From NCBI GenBank assembly GCA_050084985.1, contig JBITNC010000001.1, forward strand, positions 173,538,001 through 173,602,000: a DNA stretch of 64,000 bases, read 5' to 3'. A program made the position numbers and the translations under genes. The notes below the pieces were generated by a model. It did not search any database, had not been told where the DNA came from, and saw nothing but the letters and a program-made list of their open reading frames with translations. Origin of the DNA: Nageia nagi (lineage: Eukaryota; Plantae; Pinophyta). Position 1 is the first letter of the stretch, and each line of letters opens with the position of its first letter. Positions 11,871 through 25,445 of this stretch are shown here, piece by piece.

Positions 11871-12833
11871 AGCACATGCTTCCAAAAGACAAGGTTTTGT
11901 CTTTTTGAGGCATGCGCCAGCCCCTGGGGTGGTTGCATTCCCAACATTGGCCCTCCTAGTGTTCCTGCTCGTCCAACTTGACCTTAGAGCGCCGTCCTGA
12001 GCTTGATTTTGCTTGGTGCTTAATTCTCTGGGGTTCAACTTGCTCATTTTCTCCTCCTAACTTGACCCAAGGTCCCTCCCAAACTAGGCGCATGGTTTTA
12101 AAAGAGAGGATCTTGTCTTTTTGAAACTCCCTCCAACTTCTTCAGCTTCCCCAGTCTAGGCGCTTGCTCCCAAAAGTCACAATCTTGTCTTCCTGTGGCA
12201 TGCGTTGGGTTGCAAATGGCCAGTTTTGCCTTGTTTTGGCCTCTTGATCCCTGGACTTAGTCATTTTCCCATACTTGCTTCACCTTGATGCTTTGCCAAG
12301 CTTGGCGCATGCTCCAAAAAGTCATGTTTTTGTCTTTTGGAGGCATGCACCAACCCCTCTGGTCATGCTGGAGTGTGCTCCAGGCTTGAAAACTCTGTGC
12401 TTTAGCCAAATTCTCCGTTTCATCATGTCTGGGGGCTTCCTGGGCTAGGCGTATGCTCCCAAAAGACAAGATTATGGCTTTTCGAGGCATGTGCCAGCCC
12501 CTTAGGTGAGTGTATTTCTTCTTTCTGGGCCCCAAGTCTTCCTGGGTAACCTTCGGGCTTGGGCGCATGCTCCCAAAAGACAAGATTTTGTCTTTTTGAG
12601 GCCTATGCCAGCCTTCTCATGCACTAACTTGTCATTTTCCAGGCTTGATTTCGTTTTGGGGTCCTTGACCTGGTGCATGTCCCAGAAAGACAAGATTTTG
12701 CCTTTTCATGGCATGCGTTTGGTCAAGGAGTGGCCCAATTTGCGTTTTGGGACTTAATTTCGAAGCCAAGCTTCCTTGTAGGCTAGGTGCATGTCCCAAA
12801 AAGACACAATCTTTCCTTCTTGGATTATGCACC
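11871..12833. repeat. Array of eight 48-bp palindromic repeats with variable spacers
   Basis: Units start at 11871, 12087, 12159, 12304, 12448, 12562, 12672 and 12786; consensus GGCGCATGCTCCCAAAAGACAAGATYTTGTCTTTTTGAGGCATGCGCC. Confidence 0.92.
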
Positions 12834-13797
12834 AGGCTTGGGAGGAGCTTGGGTCCGTCTGTTTCGGCTTGAACTTGACTTGGACTTCCCTATTTCATCT
12901 AGACTTGATCTTCACTTGGCCAGACTTAGGCGATTTTTGAGGGTTTTACTATATGGTTTGAGATGGCTAGGGCTGGATAGGCGATTGCACTTCAATGTCA
13001 GGGTCATGGGCTTAATTTCAGATTTACTGAAGATGAGGGGGAATGGTTTTGACTTGACATTTAGGGCTCCAGATTGTCGAGGGTCCTTGGAATTGCAAAA
13101 TTTAGGGGCGAGTTGTGTAAGGCACAACACCTCCCAATCTTAGATTAGGTGTTATTATTGTACGTAGAGATCTCGATTTTGATTGTGGGAATCGCAAGGT
13201 CTATTCTACACGTGGATGGATGAGCATTTATATACATGCGCCAGCCTTGGGGAGGCTCCTAGACCTCCATGTTGGCCCATCATGACACCTAGACTCCATG
13301 CATGACTTCTAGACCCACGTGGGCATGCGTGGCACTCCTAGACCTCCACGTTGGCACTTAGGGCACTCTAGGCCCCCATGTTGGCATGCCTAACCCCAAG
13401 GCACCCATGAGCATTTTGGACCCCCAGGAGGCTAACGTTGGGATTAAGGGGCCAGGTGATGACTCCTAGGTGAGATCTGGACAAAGTTGCATGTATAAAG
13501 AGACATTGGAGCCTCATTGTTGGATATACCTGATTATTATTATACTTCATATTGTCATGTGGACAACAAGACTTAGTGGTGCTAAGCAAACCCCTAGGTG
13601 CAACATCTAAGATGGCTATTAGGCGGAGGGATCCTGATCGTCTACGACATTGGTGCAAAACCCTTGCCTATCTGATGGTATTTTGAGGTTGATCTTCTGC
13701 GATTTAGTTGGCCGCCTGGGTTTGAGGAGGCCTTCTTCGGTGGAGAGGATTCAAATTCTGAGGAAGCAAGGTTGTCCCATGGTTCTACTTGATCATC

Positions 13798-14575
13798 AAG
13801 GATTGGGAGACTAGGGGGACAGGGAAACAAGGGGACGAGTCCATAGGGACGGCGACTCGATTTTAGGAAATGCGAGGGGGACGACAAGTATATATATATA
13901 CTAAAAAAATCCTCAAAATTTAAGAAAAGTAGATATTAGATATAGTTTCAATGTTTCATTCATCATTAGCATTCATGATTCATCCATGGACCAATTTACA
14001 TATGTAACACATTTTGAAAATGAAAATCTGTAACTATTAACATACTAACAATTAACATGTAGCATGATTATAAAATGAAAATCAGAAATCTGAATCATAA
14101 ATGATAAATCAGATTAAGCTATAAATATAGTCTAATAATCATAATGCCATTAAGTTTGAATATGTTAAGGCCCAAAAACATAGTCTTTAACATAAATTTG
14201 TCAAATAAGTCAAAAATGACAAATAAGTGTAAATGACAAAATGATTGCAATGTGAATATAAAGACATGTTTTTAGGGTTGGAGACCCTTGTGGGACCCAC
14301 CCCACTAAGATTTATGAAAAAAAATTTAAAAAAAGTTTAGATTTTTTTTTTTAGTGTGCAAGAGGGGGGATGGCTAGCCGTCCCCTAGCCATCCCCTTTT
14401 CAAAATTTCAAAAGGAAACGTCCCCAAGGCTTGAGAAATCGTCCCAAGGATGTCCCCTCCGTATGCCCAAAAAAGGGGATGGCTGGGAAACATCCCCTGA
14501 GGCATCCCCAAGTCTTGAGGATGTGGGGGACGGGAAACAGGAAAAAAAGAGGGGGATGCATCCCCTGATAATGTT
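13798..14575. mobile_element. Non-autonomous DNA transposon (hAT-like) with GGGGACG/CGTCCCC subterminal repeats and an AT-rich core
   Basis: Clusters of ggggac(g) at 13815-13885 and cgtcccc/catcccc at 14370-14566; TIR and TSD not resolved. Confidence 0.5.
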
Positions 14576-15481
14576 ACTAAAAATTGATAGTTTCTGGTAA
14601 CAGAATGAGACATTGACTTGATGCCAGATGAGGAGGTGCAGGTGGGTATTGGTTGAGTTCCCCACTACATGAGCCACGTGAGTCAGCAGTGGCAATAGTG
14701 ATGATTACTATGCCTTAGGGGTTCCTATGGTAGAGCAGTTTGAACATTGATATTCATATAATCATAATCATTGTAATCAATTTTGACAATGTGTTTGACA
14801 GTTAGAGTCTATTATTTCAATATGAAGGTTTAGACTTTAAATTATTAAACCTTGGCATATAGAATAGTCGTAAATTTCAAAGTACCATGAATTATTTTAT
14901 ACTTTGCTTCTTTAAAGGTGTTTCAGATTTTTGATTTTTTATTGATGAATAATCATGCTCAGAGAGTCTCTTTAGCTTTTTTATTTATTTTATAACATAT
15001 ATCTATATAACTAATTTTCAGTTTTTATCATGTCTATGAGACCTCTAGAATTCCAGCCATATCTGTGCCATTTCTGAAACAAGTTCTGCCCTAATCTTGT
15101 CCTTGTTGTGGAAATGCCATGTAACATATCTCTTGATGTTTTCACTGCAAGAAAGGAATGGCTTGGCCCCTTTTGTATTATAGATTTATGCCTCCTTTCT
15201 TAGTTGTTCAGGAGGGAAATTAAAATTTTGTAAACCCAGTTACTTCTAGTGTTATAATAAGTTATCTAAAATAAGTGGGAAGTCTTTCGCTGTCTAAAGA
15301 AGACAATATTATCTTATTGGAAACCTTTTTATTTTAGCAGTCTTCTGTTTCTTTGCAGACTTTTTTTCCTATTGGTCCTATTGCCTTGTACTTTCTGTAG
15401 GGTAATTTTAAAAATGTTTCTTTCCCATGCTTGAAATTTCTAGCATTATATGTTTAAATATTGATTTTTGACTTTGAACAG

Positions 15482-15588
15482 GAAAAAATACTGAACATTG
15501 AATATATACTAGCAGTTGCTCCTCCTAAGCAGGAAGAGCCATATCTACATAATGATTGGGTCAGTGCAGTTGATGGTTCTTATTCCAG
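15482..15588 (+). CDS. WDR12: WDR12 first visible exon (end of UBL/NLE domain, start of WD1)
   Basis: cag|GAAAAAATACTG...TATTCCAG|gt; [35 protein letters not shown], phase 2. Confidence 0.93.
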
Positions 15589-18500
15589 GTTGGTATGGAC
15601 TAGTTATCAGTAGTATAAATTCTTCAGACATCTACAAATATTTATTGGAAAACTTTGTGAAATAGCATGGCAGAGATAGAAATTAACTATTTATTATCTT
15701 TCTGACTTCTGGAAGATCTATTGTACTGTGAGTGTCCTAGTGGTCAAATTACCACATATATGATGTCATATGCATACAATAAGGTGAACACAAAATGTTC
15801 AGCAGATCAAGAACATTAAATCCAGCATTATCTATGATTTACATCATTTTGATCTAAATTGCGAAATATTTTCATGGCACGGTTCTTTTTGTTCATAAGA
15901 ATATATTGGAGTAGTATTCACTAGTTTTTCTTAAGCCAAGTGCTCATAATTAAATAATATATACTGATTTTCCTTGTGTTATGTTTTTTTGAAAAAATAG
16001 TGAAATGTTTTTTTCTTGACATAGAGAACCAAAATTACAACTATATTTAGCATTGCTGCTCATCTGGGCTGCGTGTTCTTCGCATTCATTGCTGTCTTGT
16101 GCTGATTTTACAGTGGTTGAAGAGGGAATGTTTGGCAGAGTCTCTTGACAAGTTGGGTGGTTATGTTGGAGCATTACAATGCTTCATCATTCTATTGTTC
16201 TACTTTCTGCTCTTCATTTTACTTATGTTTTGCTTTCAGCTCTTGCAAGCTTATGGGCTTTACATTGGGCTTTTATAGTTCAAGTACATTCCTTCTATCA
16301 ACCTGCATTGCTTGGCATAGATAGAAGTTGCCATAGTTGATTAATTCAGATTCAGAAAAAATTCGGCTAGGGACTAAGTTTTAAAATTCGGAGAATATTC
16401 AGGAAAAGTACAGCAAATTTGGATTAAAAACACCAAAAATACTATAGAAGGCAAGAACTTTTAAAAGTTTGATAAAATTCGGAGCCCTGTAAATTCGTGA
16501 ATGTTCGGCAAATTTGCGAATATTTGGAGAATTAATCAACTATGGAAGTTGCTCAATCTGTATATTGCCTTTGTTGGTTTCATTTCCTCCAGCAATGGCA
16601 AGTTTGATACCATATTTGGCATTCTGTCCATAACCTTATTTGCATTTATGGGGTGAAACATCTTATGTTCGTCCAGTTTTATCTAGATTTTTCCATTTTG
16701 AAATTTGTTTCTGTTTAGTGCCTTGATGATATGAGATTTACCTACTATTTGTACAGAGTTTTGAGCAAAGTTTTCGCTATTTTGATATCCATTTCTGTGC
16801 ATTGCTTGTAATGCAGTGCATGGGATGAGCACCCCAAAAGGTTTTTCCATTTTATCATTTTGTTATTGTGATGCAATTCCTGTAATTCCTTTAGCTGGAC
16901 CATCAAATTCATTCTATATATGCCAGTATTTGTTGGCTTTATAAGAGGATGCTTTTTTTCATTGAGTTAGTTTCATACACTGCATTATATTTGTTTTCAG
17001 GCCCACAAAATTTTTCACCTCTAACTTTCATTTTTATCAAAGGTCTTTGTATTCTTCCCACACATAGTGTTTTGCATTTGTTTTGGTCCCTTTGGAACTG
17101 CTGAATGTCTAAGGGATGCCCCAAGCAAACTTTGCCCATACACTTAATTGATGCCAGAGATTTGTGTATATTCATATTTTATGAGTAAATACTTTGTATT
17201 TCTTTTACTGATCTCCAAAATTCACTACAATGTTTCTACATATTCCTGATGCTTCAGATTTTTCTGGGTAAGAATTATGGTGTTCATAGCTATCCAGGTG
17301 AATAGTGTTTTGGACCATCCTAGCCATTACTATATCATCCTCTGTGTTTCTGGTACCGGCCGACTATGTTTGAACAGTAGATGATACCTGTTTTTCACCA
17401 TGTGTTATTTTTTCATGGTGTCTTTTGGTGTCCAGTAATTAGATTCTTTGCTTTTGGTAGAATGGTTGCCATTTAAAACGATTTCATGTTTTTCCTGTTG
17501 ATTTTTGAGTCTGAACTTGTTTGCGGTGAAGTTTTTCGTGTGGTTTTGTCTTCCGTCCAATAATTGCAAATTTTCCTGCCCAATGATTTTAAAGTGTGTA
17601 CATTCGGTATAATGTCCCTTAATTTGCCCAGTTTTTAAATATATACATTTTATGTATGTTTAGTATTTTATTTCAGTTTTTATTGTCTTTGAAGGAGATT
17701 ATACATGAAGTTGGCCAGTGTAGAAGTGAAATTGGGTTGGTGGAGGCTTTTGAGCAGGGACGTTGGATTTTGGAGGGCTAGTTTGGAGTCCTAGAAGGTG
17801 ACCTCAGCATTGTGGAGGGCCTCTTGAGGCAATGCTGGGGTTAGGAGGCCTTGGAGGTGTGTTAGGGATATTTTGCTAAGTTGGTGTTTTGTTAAATTAG
17901 AAATAAAATTTATTATTATTCTTATTTTTATATTTGTTTATTGTGTGGGGTCCAAGATGACTAAAGTGATTTTAAGTGATTTCAATATGAGATTATATCG
18001 TAGCCATTGGATCTTATGAGATTGAGATCTAATCTCAGCCCTTCATAGTTGAATCTAAGGTTGAGATTTATTTTCACATTAGGTATTGCGAATAAAAGGG
18101 GTTTTAGGATTTCATTTTGGATTGTTGTGGATTGGAGAATTCTGATGAATTCTTTGGCTTTTGGAGATTGCTAGTAGTGTCTTTCAAAGATTTGGGGTTC
18201 CCATTAGAGCAACTCCACTGGAGGCTAGACCAACTAGCTATCTATCCAATTGAATCTGACAAATCTACATCAAGCTTTGTGATTGAAGCTTGCAAGGTGA
18301 AGAATAACTGGAATTACAGTGCAGACCAGCCAATTGAGGGTTCAAATTACCCTTGGCAGCTAGACATCCCTCTTTGGGACAATTACAAGGCAGATTTGGG
18401 CATCATGAAGGGTGAATCCAGCCATATAGACCAGAAGTCTAGCATAAAAGGAGACTGATTTTGTCATTTGAATGAGTTTTTGAGGTAGATCTATGTTTGA

Positions 18501-21500
18501 TTTTTTGATTTGTTTCTTTCAGCTGTTAATTTCTTGTTGTAATAATAATAAGGGTTTATGTGGAGAAAATACAAAAAAAAAAAAAAAAAAGAATTTTCCA
18601 GATTGTTTGTGTATTATTTTGTGTTTGGCAAAATTCAATGGTATCAAAGCCTGGCTTCGTACCAGCCCAAGGATTAGTGAATGTCCATCCATATAATACC
18701 ACGGGAGGATGTAATGTGCTAAACATAAAAAATACCAAACACATGAAATAATACACAAAACAAGATATGAAAATTTTGACTTTAATTTTATTTTCTTCAT
18801 ACAAAACTCTTAATGCCTAGTACAACAGAAAAACAATAGCGGAAAGAGATAAACCATACATATATCAAGCTCAAAAACTCCTCTAAATGACAATGCACAC
18901 CTCCAAAAGGTTAGATGTCTGAAACCAGGTGATCAGATCCACTCTTTGATGCTCCCAACAGTCCTATAATTGCCCCAAGGAGGGACTTCTGGTTCCAAAA
19001 AGGGTAGAAATTTTGAATTCTGCAAAAATACCCTAAGAAGGGTTGATGTTACACTCTGGTGTCAAGATCAGGTTGAAACTCCCTTCAGAATGTCTTGTAA
19101 TTTGCCTTCAATGGAAGATCTGCAATTTAGCTTCAATAATTCTTTGCAATTCAAGCCCAAATCACAAATCATGATATGAATTTGATAAATCCAATTGGGT
19201 AGATAGCTAGCTGGTCTAGCTTCCACTGGAATTACTTCAATCGGAACCCCAAATCTATGTAGAAACACTTTCAGCAGTCTTTAAGAGCTCAAGAATACTC
19301 AGTATTCTCCAATTCAATATTTCAAATCATCAAAAACTCCAAATGAGACCCAAAAGTAGTTTTATATTCACACCCTAATGTGAGGATAGATCTTAGCCTT
19401 AGATTTGGCCATGGATGGTTGAGATTAGATCTTATTCACTTAAGATCTAAGGGCTGTGATATAATCTTTTGTTGAGATATTAGATCTCGCTTACTTAAGA
19501 TCTAAGGGTTGTGATATAGTGTCTCATTGGGATAACTTAAATCACCTTGACCTAGTTAGAGGGACTTCAAATCTTTGTTGTCAAAATAAGTCGATTTCAC
19601 CCAAAATCATGATTTCCAAGACTAATTCACCAAAATCGAGTTTCCAGGGAGTGGAATTGCACTTTTTCGATTTTTTCTGATCTTTGTTGATTTTTGATTC
19701 CGAGACCAGTCTTCTGAGAACACTTGAAAAACATAAAAAGACCCCCCAAAGGTTATTTTCACTTTATATCTTTTCTTCTCAAGTGTCTTGCAGGTATGAA
19801 AAAGTTTGTCGAGGAGTTAAAAACTGATTGTAGAGCTGTCCAAGTGAATTTTTGACAATTTATTTAAAATGAAAGATAAAAAACTTAACCTTGGAGAATT
19901 TGATTGATAAACAAAAAACTTGTAAGGGTATTCATCCATTCCATTAGATAGACTGTTTCAGAATGGTGTTGGTGAAAAAGTTAAAAACAGATTTCATTTA
20001 CGAGTTCATAAAAACCCCATGCATACATCAAAAGTTCATTTTGTGTGGTATATTGGTGTAAATGCTTAGCATAAAAAAGATAGGATGGAGAAGATTATAT
20101 ACATTATTAGTCATGCCCTTTGCAGGATGAAGAATCTAAAGAGAGAGATGCTCCATTTATTTATAATGAAATAAGAAAAAATGAACTTTTCCGAATTTGA
20201 ATGATAGTTTGATAAGCAAGAAACTTGGCAATTGCACTAGATGGACTTTTTCAGAATATGGTATCTTATGAGGGGAAACAGATTTCGTATATACAAATTC
20301 AAAAAAACCTCATGCATTCATCAAAAGTTTACTGTAAAGCTATCCAAGTGAAAGTTTGTTAATTTTTCATTAAATAGTACGTTAGATCAGCAGCAACAAA
20401 GGTAAAATCCAAGAGGATTTAGCGGATATTATGATGGTTTTTTAGATATTACTTAGTAGTTAGTACTTACTAGATTATGACATTATGTATTTTGATTTTT
20501 GTGATGGCTCATAATTCATGACTATGAGCACATTTTGTACTTACTAGTTGATAGTTGCTACTTAGTAGTTAGTACTTTGAAACTTTCTACTGCCTACTAA
20601 AGACATTTTGATTAATACAATATACGCTGGTGCTCTTTTTTCTTAAAGTTAACTTCTTATTTGTATGTTATTTAATGTTGAGTAAATGTGTTATAACTGT
20701 TAAAAGACAAGTAATCAATATGCATGAGAAAACTTCAAATTCCCATGAGAAATTGTATATTTTTTCATTTTTTTCTATTTTTGGTTTTTGCCGATTTTTG
20801 ACGATGTTTTTTTCCGATTCCCGATTTCAGATTCCAATACGAAAAAACAATTCCGGTCCGATTCCGAGTTTGACAACTATGCTTCAAACTTAGCTAACCC
20901 TTTCAGAATATTTCCAAACACTTCACCAAATCAACAAAACTCAAACAAAACACACAACACAAATCGTATTTACTTATTTATAAAGCTGGGCAAATTTTGA
21001 GACATTACAAATCCTTCCCCCCAAAATTGCTTGTCCCTAAGCAGTTCACCAATGCTGGATGCTCAAGAATTTTTGATGCAATGATCTCTTCATCTATCAA
21101 GAACTAACTTCCCAATTGCAAAATTGCTTTACTCAAATTGCCATCATATGACATCCTATGAATCCTGCATGGGTTCATATCATGGTCACATTACGTAGAG
21201 ATGTTCTTGCTTCTGATCTAGTCAGTTGACTTGCACGTACAACCTTCTCAAACTCGGAAGCCATAATAGCAGCTTGCATACATACATACATCCGGTAACT
21301 GTGCAAAATAATGAGTTGAGAAGCTACTTCTCGCTGATGATGTTCCTGTCTCAAGCTTAATGGCAGTTGATAAGCTCCCAAAGTGTGTTTTGAAAATATC
21401 ATTATTATCGAAGAACTCATCAGTTTCATCTTCACTACTTGAAGCCTCAGTCAAAAACATCTTCTTATGGGGAGATTGCAAGCTGTCCCGGGAGGTGCTT

Positions 21501-24500
21501 CTAGACACTTTGGATGTTTGAATGTAGGCTTGATCACTACACTTCAATTTAGAAATACCATTACAAACATCCTTATCATCAGTGTTGTTGCACGTTATTT
21601 TTAGTGGTGTTATATACTGAAACATTGAACTATCATGGACATTTTCAAGCTTATCTGCCTGCGAGTCAGCATTTACATTAGCACATTCAGCACTGGTTTG
21701 CAATACATGTGAAGTTGATGGATACGGAGCTAACTTCACCAATCAAGAATAGATGTCCACATCAATGTCAGTTCTATGTTCTATGTTATCTATGTTTTCT
21801 GTAGCGTGAGGTGGCCCATTACCTCCATTGTTGTCATTTTGTAAAAACTCATTTTAATAAAAGACTACTGTATGAACAGTCCGCCATTGTGTATCCTCCA
21901 TTTGTCGGCCCTTAGAACATGTAGAACTCTTGCCAATGACAGAATCAAATGAACATTCAGGGGTGCTATTAGAAAGGGTACATTGTTTCTCTTTTGTGAA
22001 AGGCAGATGAGCACTAAAGTGGTGTGAACAGATGATGGTTGGAGAAGTTTTATTTTCCATATTTCCTACAAATAAATGATATCCATCATCTCCCAAATGT
22101 ATAATAGGTGCTGAAAGTTGATTAGGGCACTTAGCTAAAGAAACCTTTCCACCATGCAGGAGTCCACATCAAGCCTACCCACATCAAATCAATGGGTCCT
22201 ACCTCCCTAACGGGGACATACCATGGAACCAGTAATACCTTCTTGTAGCACCAAGTCCAAGACATGGAGTAGTCCACAAAATCCTGACAGTTTTCTCATA
22301 GACCTGACATGTTCCTTCTCTCAACATGTCTCTTGGATACAAAGGTGTAGGATTGGGACATTAGTTATCTCTTTCAAAATTGTTCTTTCTCAAAGGAGAT
22401 TCCTTCCATGCATAGACTCCTGCTCGTACATTCAACATCATTCTTGTGATTGATTATGTCATACTGTACTTTACCAATTGTATCTGATTAACATGTTCAC
22501 CAATGAAATCCTTGAAAGGAAAAGAATTAGGACCATGCTGATATCCACTTTCATTGAAACTTTTTTCAGTACCATTGCCTCTTATGCTTTCTGAGTTATT
22601 GCTTGACTCAGATATGTCCAAACCATCTTGAACAATGAGATAGCCTGATTTTTTCCTGACGGGAAAATCCTTTCCACACTGCCCATTGCGTGGTGCATAT
22701 TTGCAAGCCTGCAGAAATTGTTTCAGTTGTACTGCATTTATTGAAGATATGTTAAGTGGAGGAGAAACCAAAACTTCTGGTAGTGAACTTGTTCCACAAG
22801 TGTCACCAGTCAAGATTGCTTTCATAGGTTACCACAGTTTTGAAGAATCAAAGCACTCCAGGTGATGATGAGCAACTTTGGCTGCTAGTACTAAAAGTTA
22901 CCTTTTCCCACAGGAAGGATTCTCCTCATCAGTGGCACCTCTAAACCTTGAATTCGGAATTCCCATCTGCCAATGGATCTGCAAAATCTCATATCTGACA
23001 CATGGAGGGAAACTGGAAATTTGCATCTCTCTCCACTATTCAGGACAATAAAATCACATAGTTTATATGGGGCTGAAGGATTCAGAATATGAAGCATGAA
23101 GAATCCAAAGCCATGAACAACATACTCTGAACACTTTTCCATACTCAACGGGCAGAAAGATGCAACAAACTGATTCCTACCATTTGAATGTCTAAAACAA
23201 GCCTGTTTCTCTTCCCTTTTCATAAGAAGCTGTTCAACGGTGCAATACTTTTTTTTTAGGACATGCAAATGTGCACTTGGCTGAAAATTCCTGGTCCCCA
23301 AATCTGAAATATTGTTTTAGAGATTACCTCTTTCTTACTTGTGTGGACATCATTCTCTCTACAGCACATGCCACTTTCAGTTGTTAAAATTTGAACCCTT
23401 AAGTGCTTTGCATTCAAGATTTCAACAAGTAGGACATCTCCCTCTTTAGAACTGTGATCAGAAGTAAACGCAGGCCATCCAATGGTAAACACAAGTCTTC
23501 TCCCAGATTGCATGTATGCATTCCACTCTATTGCCCAAAATTACCCGTCACTGTCTTCAAATCCGTCACTGTCTTCAAATTTCACAGTGCCTTGTGATCC
23601 TGAGAGATAATTATCCATGAATTTTACTGAGAATGGCATTTTGCCATTGTGGTTTTGGGTTGCCTTTGCAAATGAAGGGTGTTCAGTGAAAATATCTCTC
23701 ACAGATTCTGTGACCATTTCTCTGTTTGGACTCAACAGGCCCACCAACATATGGTTTGAATTTGTTCATGAAATTGCTTTCACCACGCATCTGAGGTGTT
23801 TCATTATTGACAAAAAACTGGCTCTTTCCTATCCAGTTAACCTGTGCCCTGATCTCCACGCTTGAATAAACTTTGATACTTGATCCATCATAAAGATATA
23901 TCATTTTTTCTTTGATATACGATATCTCAATTACCCTTCCAGGTTTCCAATAACTTTCATAACGTACTTATACCATATCTCCACCTTGCCACATGCCTTT
24001 AAATAAGGATGAACAACTTTTCCACCAATTTCTGAAACATGATAAGACCATGATTGGTGATCTCGGTCGAATGGAAGGGCCATTTTCAACTAATGCTATG
24101 TCCTTGGTGTAGTCTTGTTCAACAACTGAGTTCCTGTTTTTGCCATTTTCATCTATGAAGGAAATACTGAACTGTGATCTTCTATTTTTCCATTCAATAT
24201 TGAGGATCTTTGCTTAAATCCATGAACTAGAAGATTGTCCGTTACACTTGCAAATTTCTGCATATTGGCCCACCTTCAACTGTGATTGAATATCCATTTC
24301 AGGTTCTTTCTCAATGAAGACTTTCAATGTGAGGAATGTGGCTCCCCATTCTATGTCTTTCCTTTTTAAAATCCTCTTCATACTGTTGGTTGCATTGTTA
24401 TTATGAAACTCTGATTTTGAAGATATCCCAGGCTCTGCTGGCAATGTTCCTACCAAATCATTGTTTTTCATTTTTTTTGAATTCCGTCTATCCATAGAAT

Positions 24501-25402
24501 GTTTCCCTGTCTTTTTAGCTGCTGATACTTCATTATATTCTTCAGAAACTGCAGGGAAGATTGCATTTTGTTCCGCAACATTTTTATCCTCATTGGCTTC
24601 ATTGCTTGTCACAACATGTGCTTCTGTTTTCACATCAATGGTGCAACTTGTCTCAATGTCTTCTTCCTTCTCTTCCATTGCAAACACTTTCTCTGCAGCA
24701 CTGTATGATAATTCTCCATGTTGTTTGTCCAAAGCTGGAGAGAGGATAGTATGTTGTTCACCCATACTTGTGATTTGTGACTCAGTTGCAACATTGATTT
24801 TAAATTTATTGTTTGCATCATCTTGTACTTCATTTTCTGTGACATTCTTCCTCTGTTGTTGCATTAGTGACATCATTGGTTATGATACCTTCATGTTGTT
24901 CTTCATTTTTTATGTCCTCTAACTGCTGCTTCAATGCTATTTGTGCAGATCTCAGCTCTCCAAGAGTAGATATAGGCTTCCCTAGCATAGGTCTAGGGGT
25001 TCCAAGCATAGATCTAGGTGTTCCAGGAATGGATGTAGTTGATTCAGATCTAGATCTCGTTGTAGGTGGCCTCCAATCTCCATTCGCCTTGTCACCTCCA
25101 TGGGGTTTTCTTCTCAATACCTTACATTGCAGAATCACAAATGTATCAAACCCTATTTTTTTCTTGAAAATCTTCAGGCATAATTAGAAAATTTTCCCAA
25201 AGGGTTGCATGTATATTATTCCTACGATTTTCTTCCTGATGTAAGCCCCAATTTCTTTCATTCATCTCCTTGATATTATTATTCATTTCCACGATGGATC
25301 TATCCAATCGAGTCAACATATTCAACATGGTGTTTTGAGTTCACTGAAATGTGACCATGGGATCTTCTCTGTGTGCCTCATTGCTTCTTGACTCCATGTC
25401 TC

Positions 25403-25445
<43 letters not shown>

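Larger units (their letters stand above)
7205..13640 (+). mobile_element. Tat/Ogre-like Ty3/gypsy 3' region (antisense ORF, repeat array, PPT ~13097-13112, 3' LTR from ~13115)
   Basis: AAATTTAGGGGCGAG-ttg-TGTAAGGCAC resembles a Tat/Ogre PPT-LTR junction; a long antisense ORF plus a repeat array before the PPT is the known Tat/Retand layout; no pol seen. Confidence 0.55.
21023..25330 (-). pseudogene. Chimeric ORF of element B: gag/pol remnants + Agenet-like + B3 + unknown segments + integrase tail
   Basis: ATLWENFL (cf. A gag ATLWNEFL), [16 protein letters not shown] (cf. [17 protein letters not shown]), [19 protein letters not shown] (cf. [20 protein letters not shown]); no RT, RNase H or integrase core. 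Confidence 0.8.

Noticed and set aside
11871-12833. CRISPR array
   Set aside because: Eukaryotic retroelement context, no cas genes, divergent repeats, and irregular 24-168-bp spacers that are partly related to each other.
14927-14975. Possible WDR12 NLE exon (FDF.IDE-like)
   Set aside because: Needs a frameshift, hits a stop and does not continue as GEL.R.SL; a chance match in T-rich intron.
16930-17560. Possible LINE remnant
   Set aside because: No motif I can recognise with confidence.
18117-18458. 113-aa ORF, with a similar peptide at 26073-26258
   Set aside because: Lies inside LTRs; the similarity only reflects A/B LTR homology.
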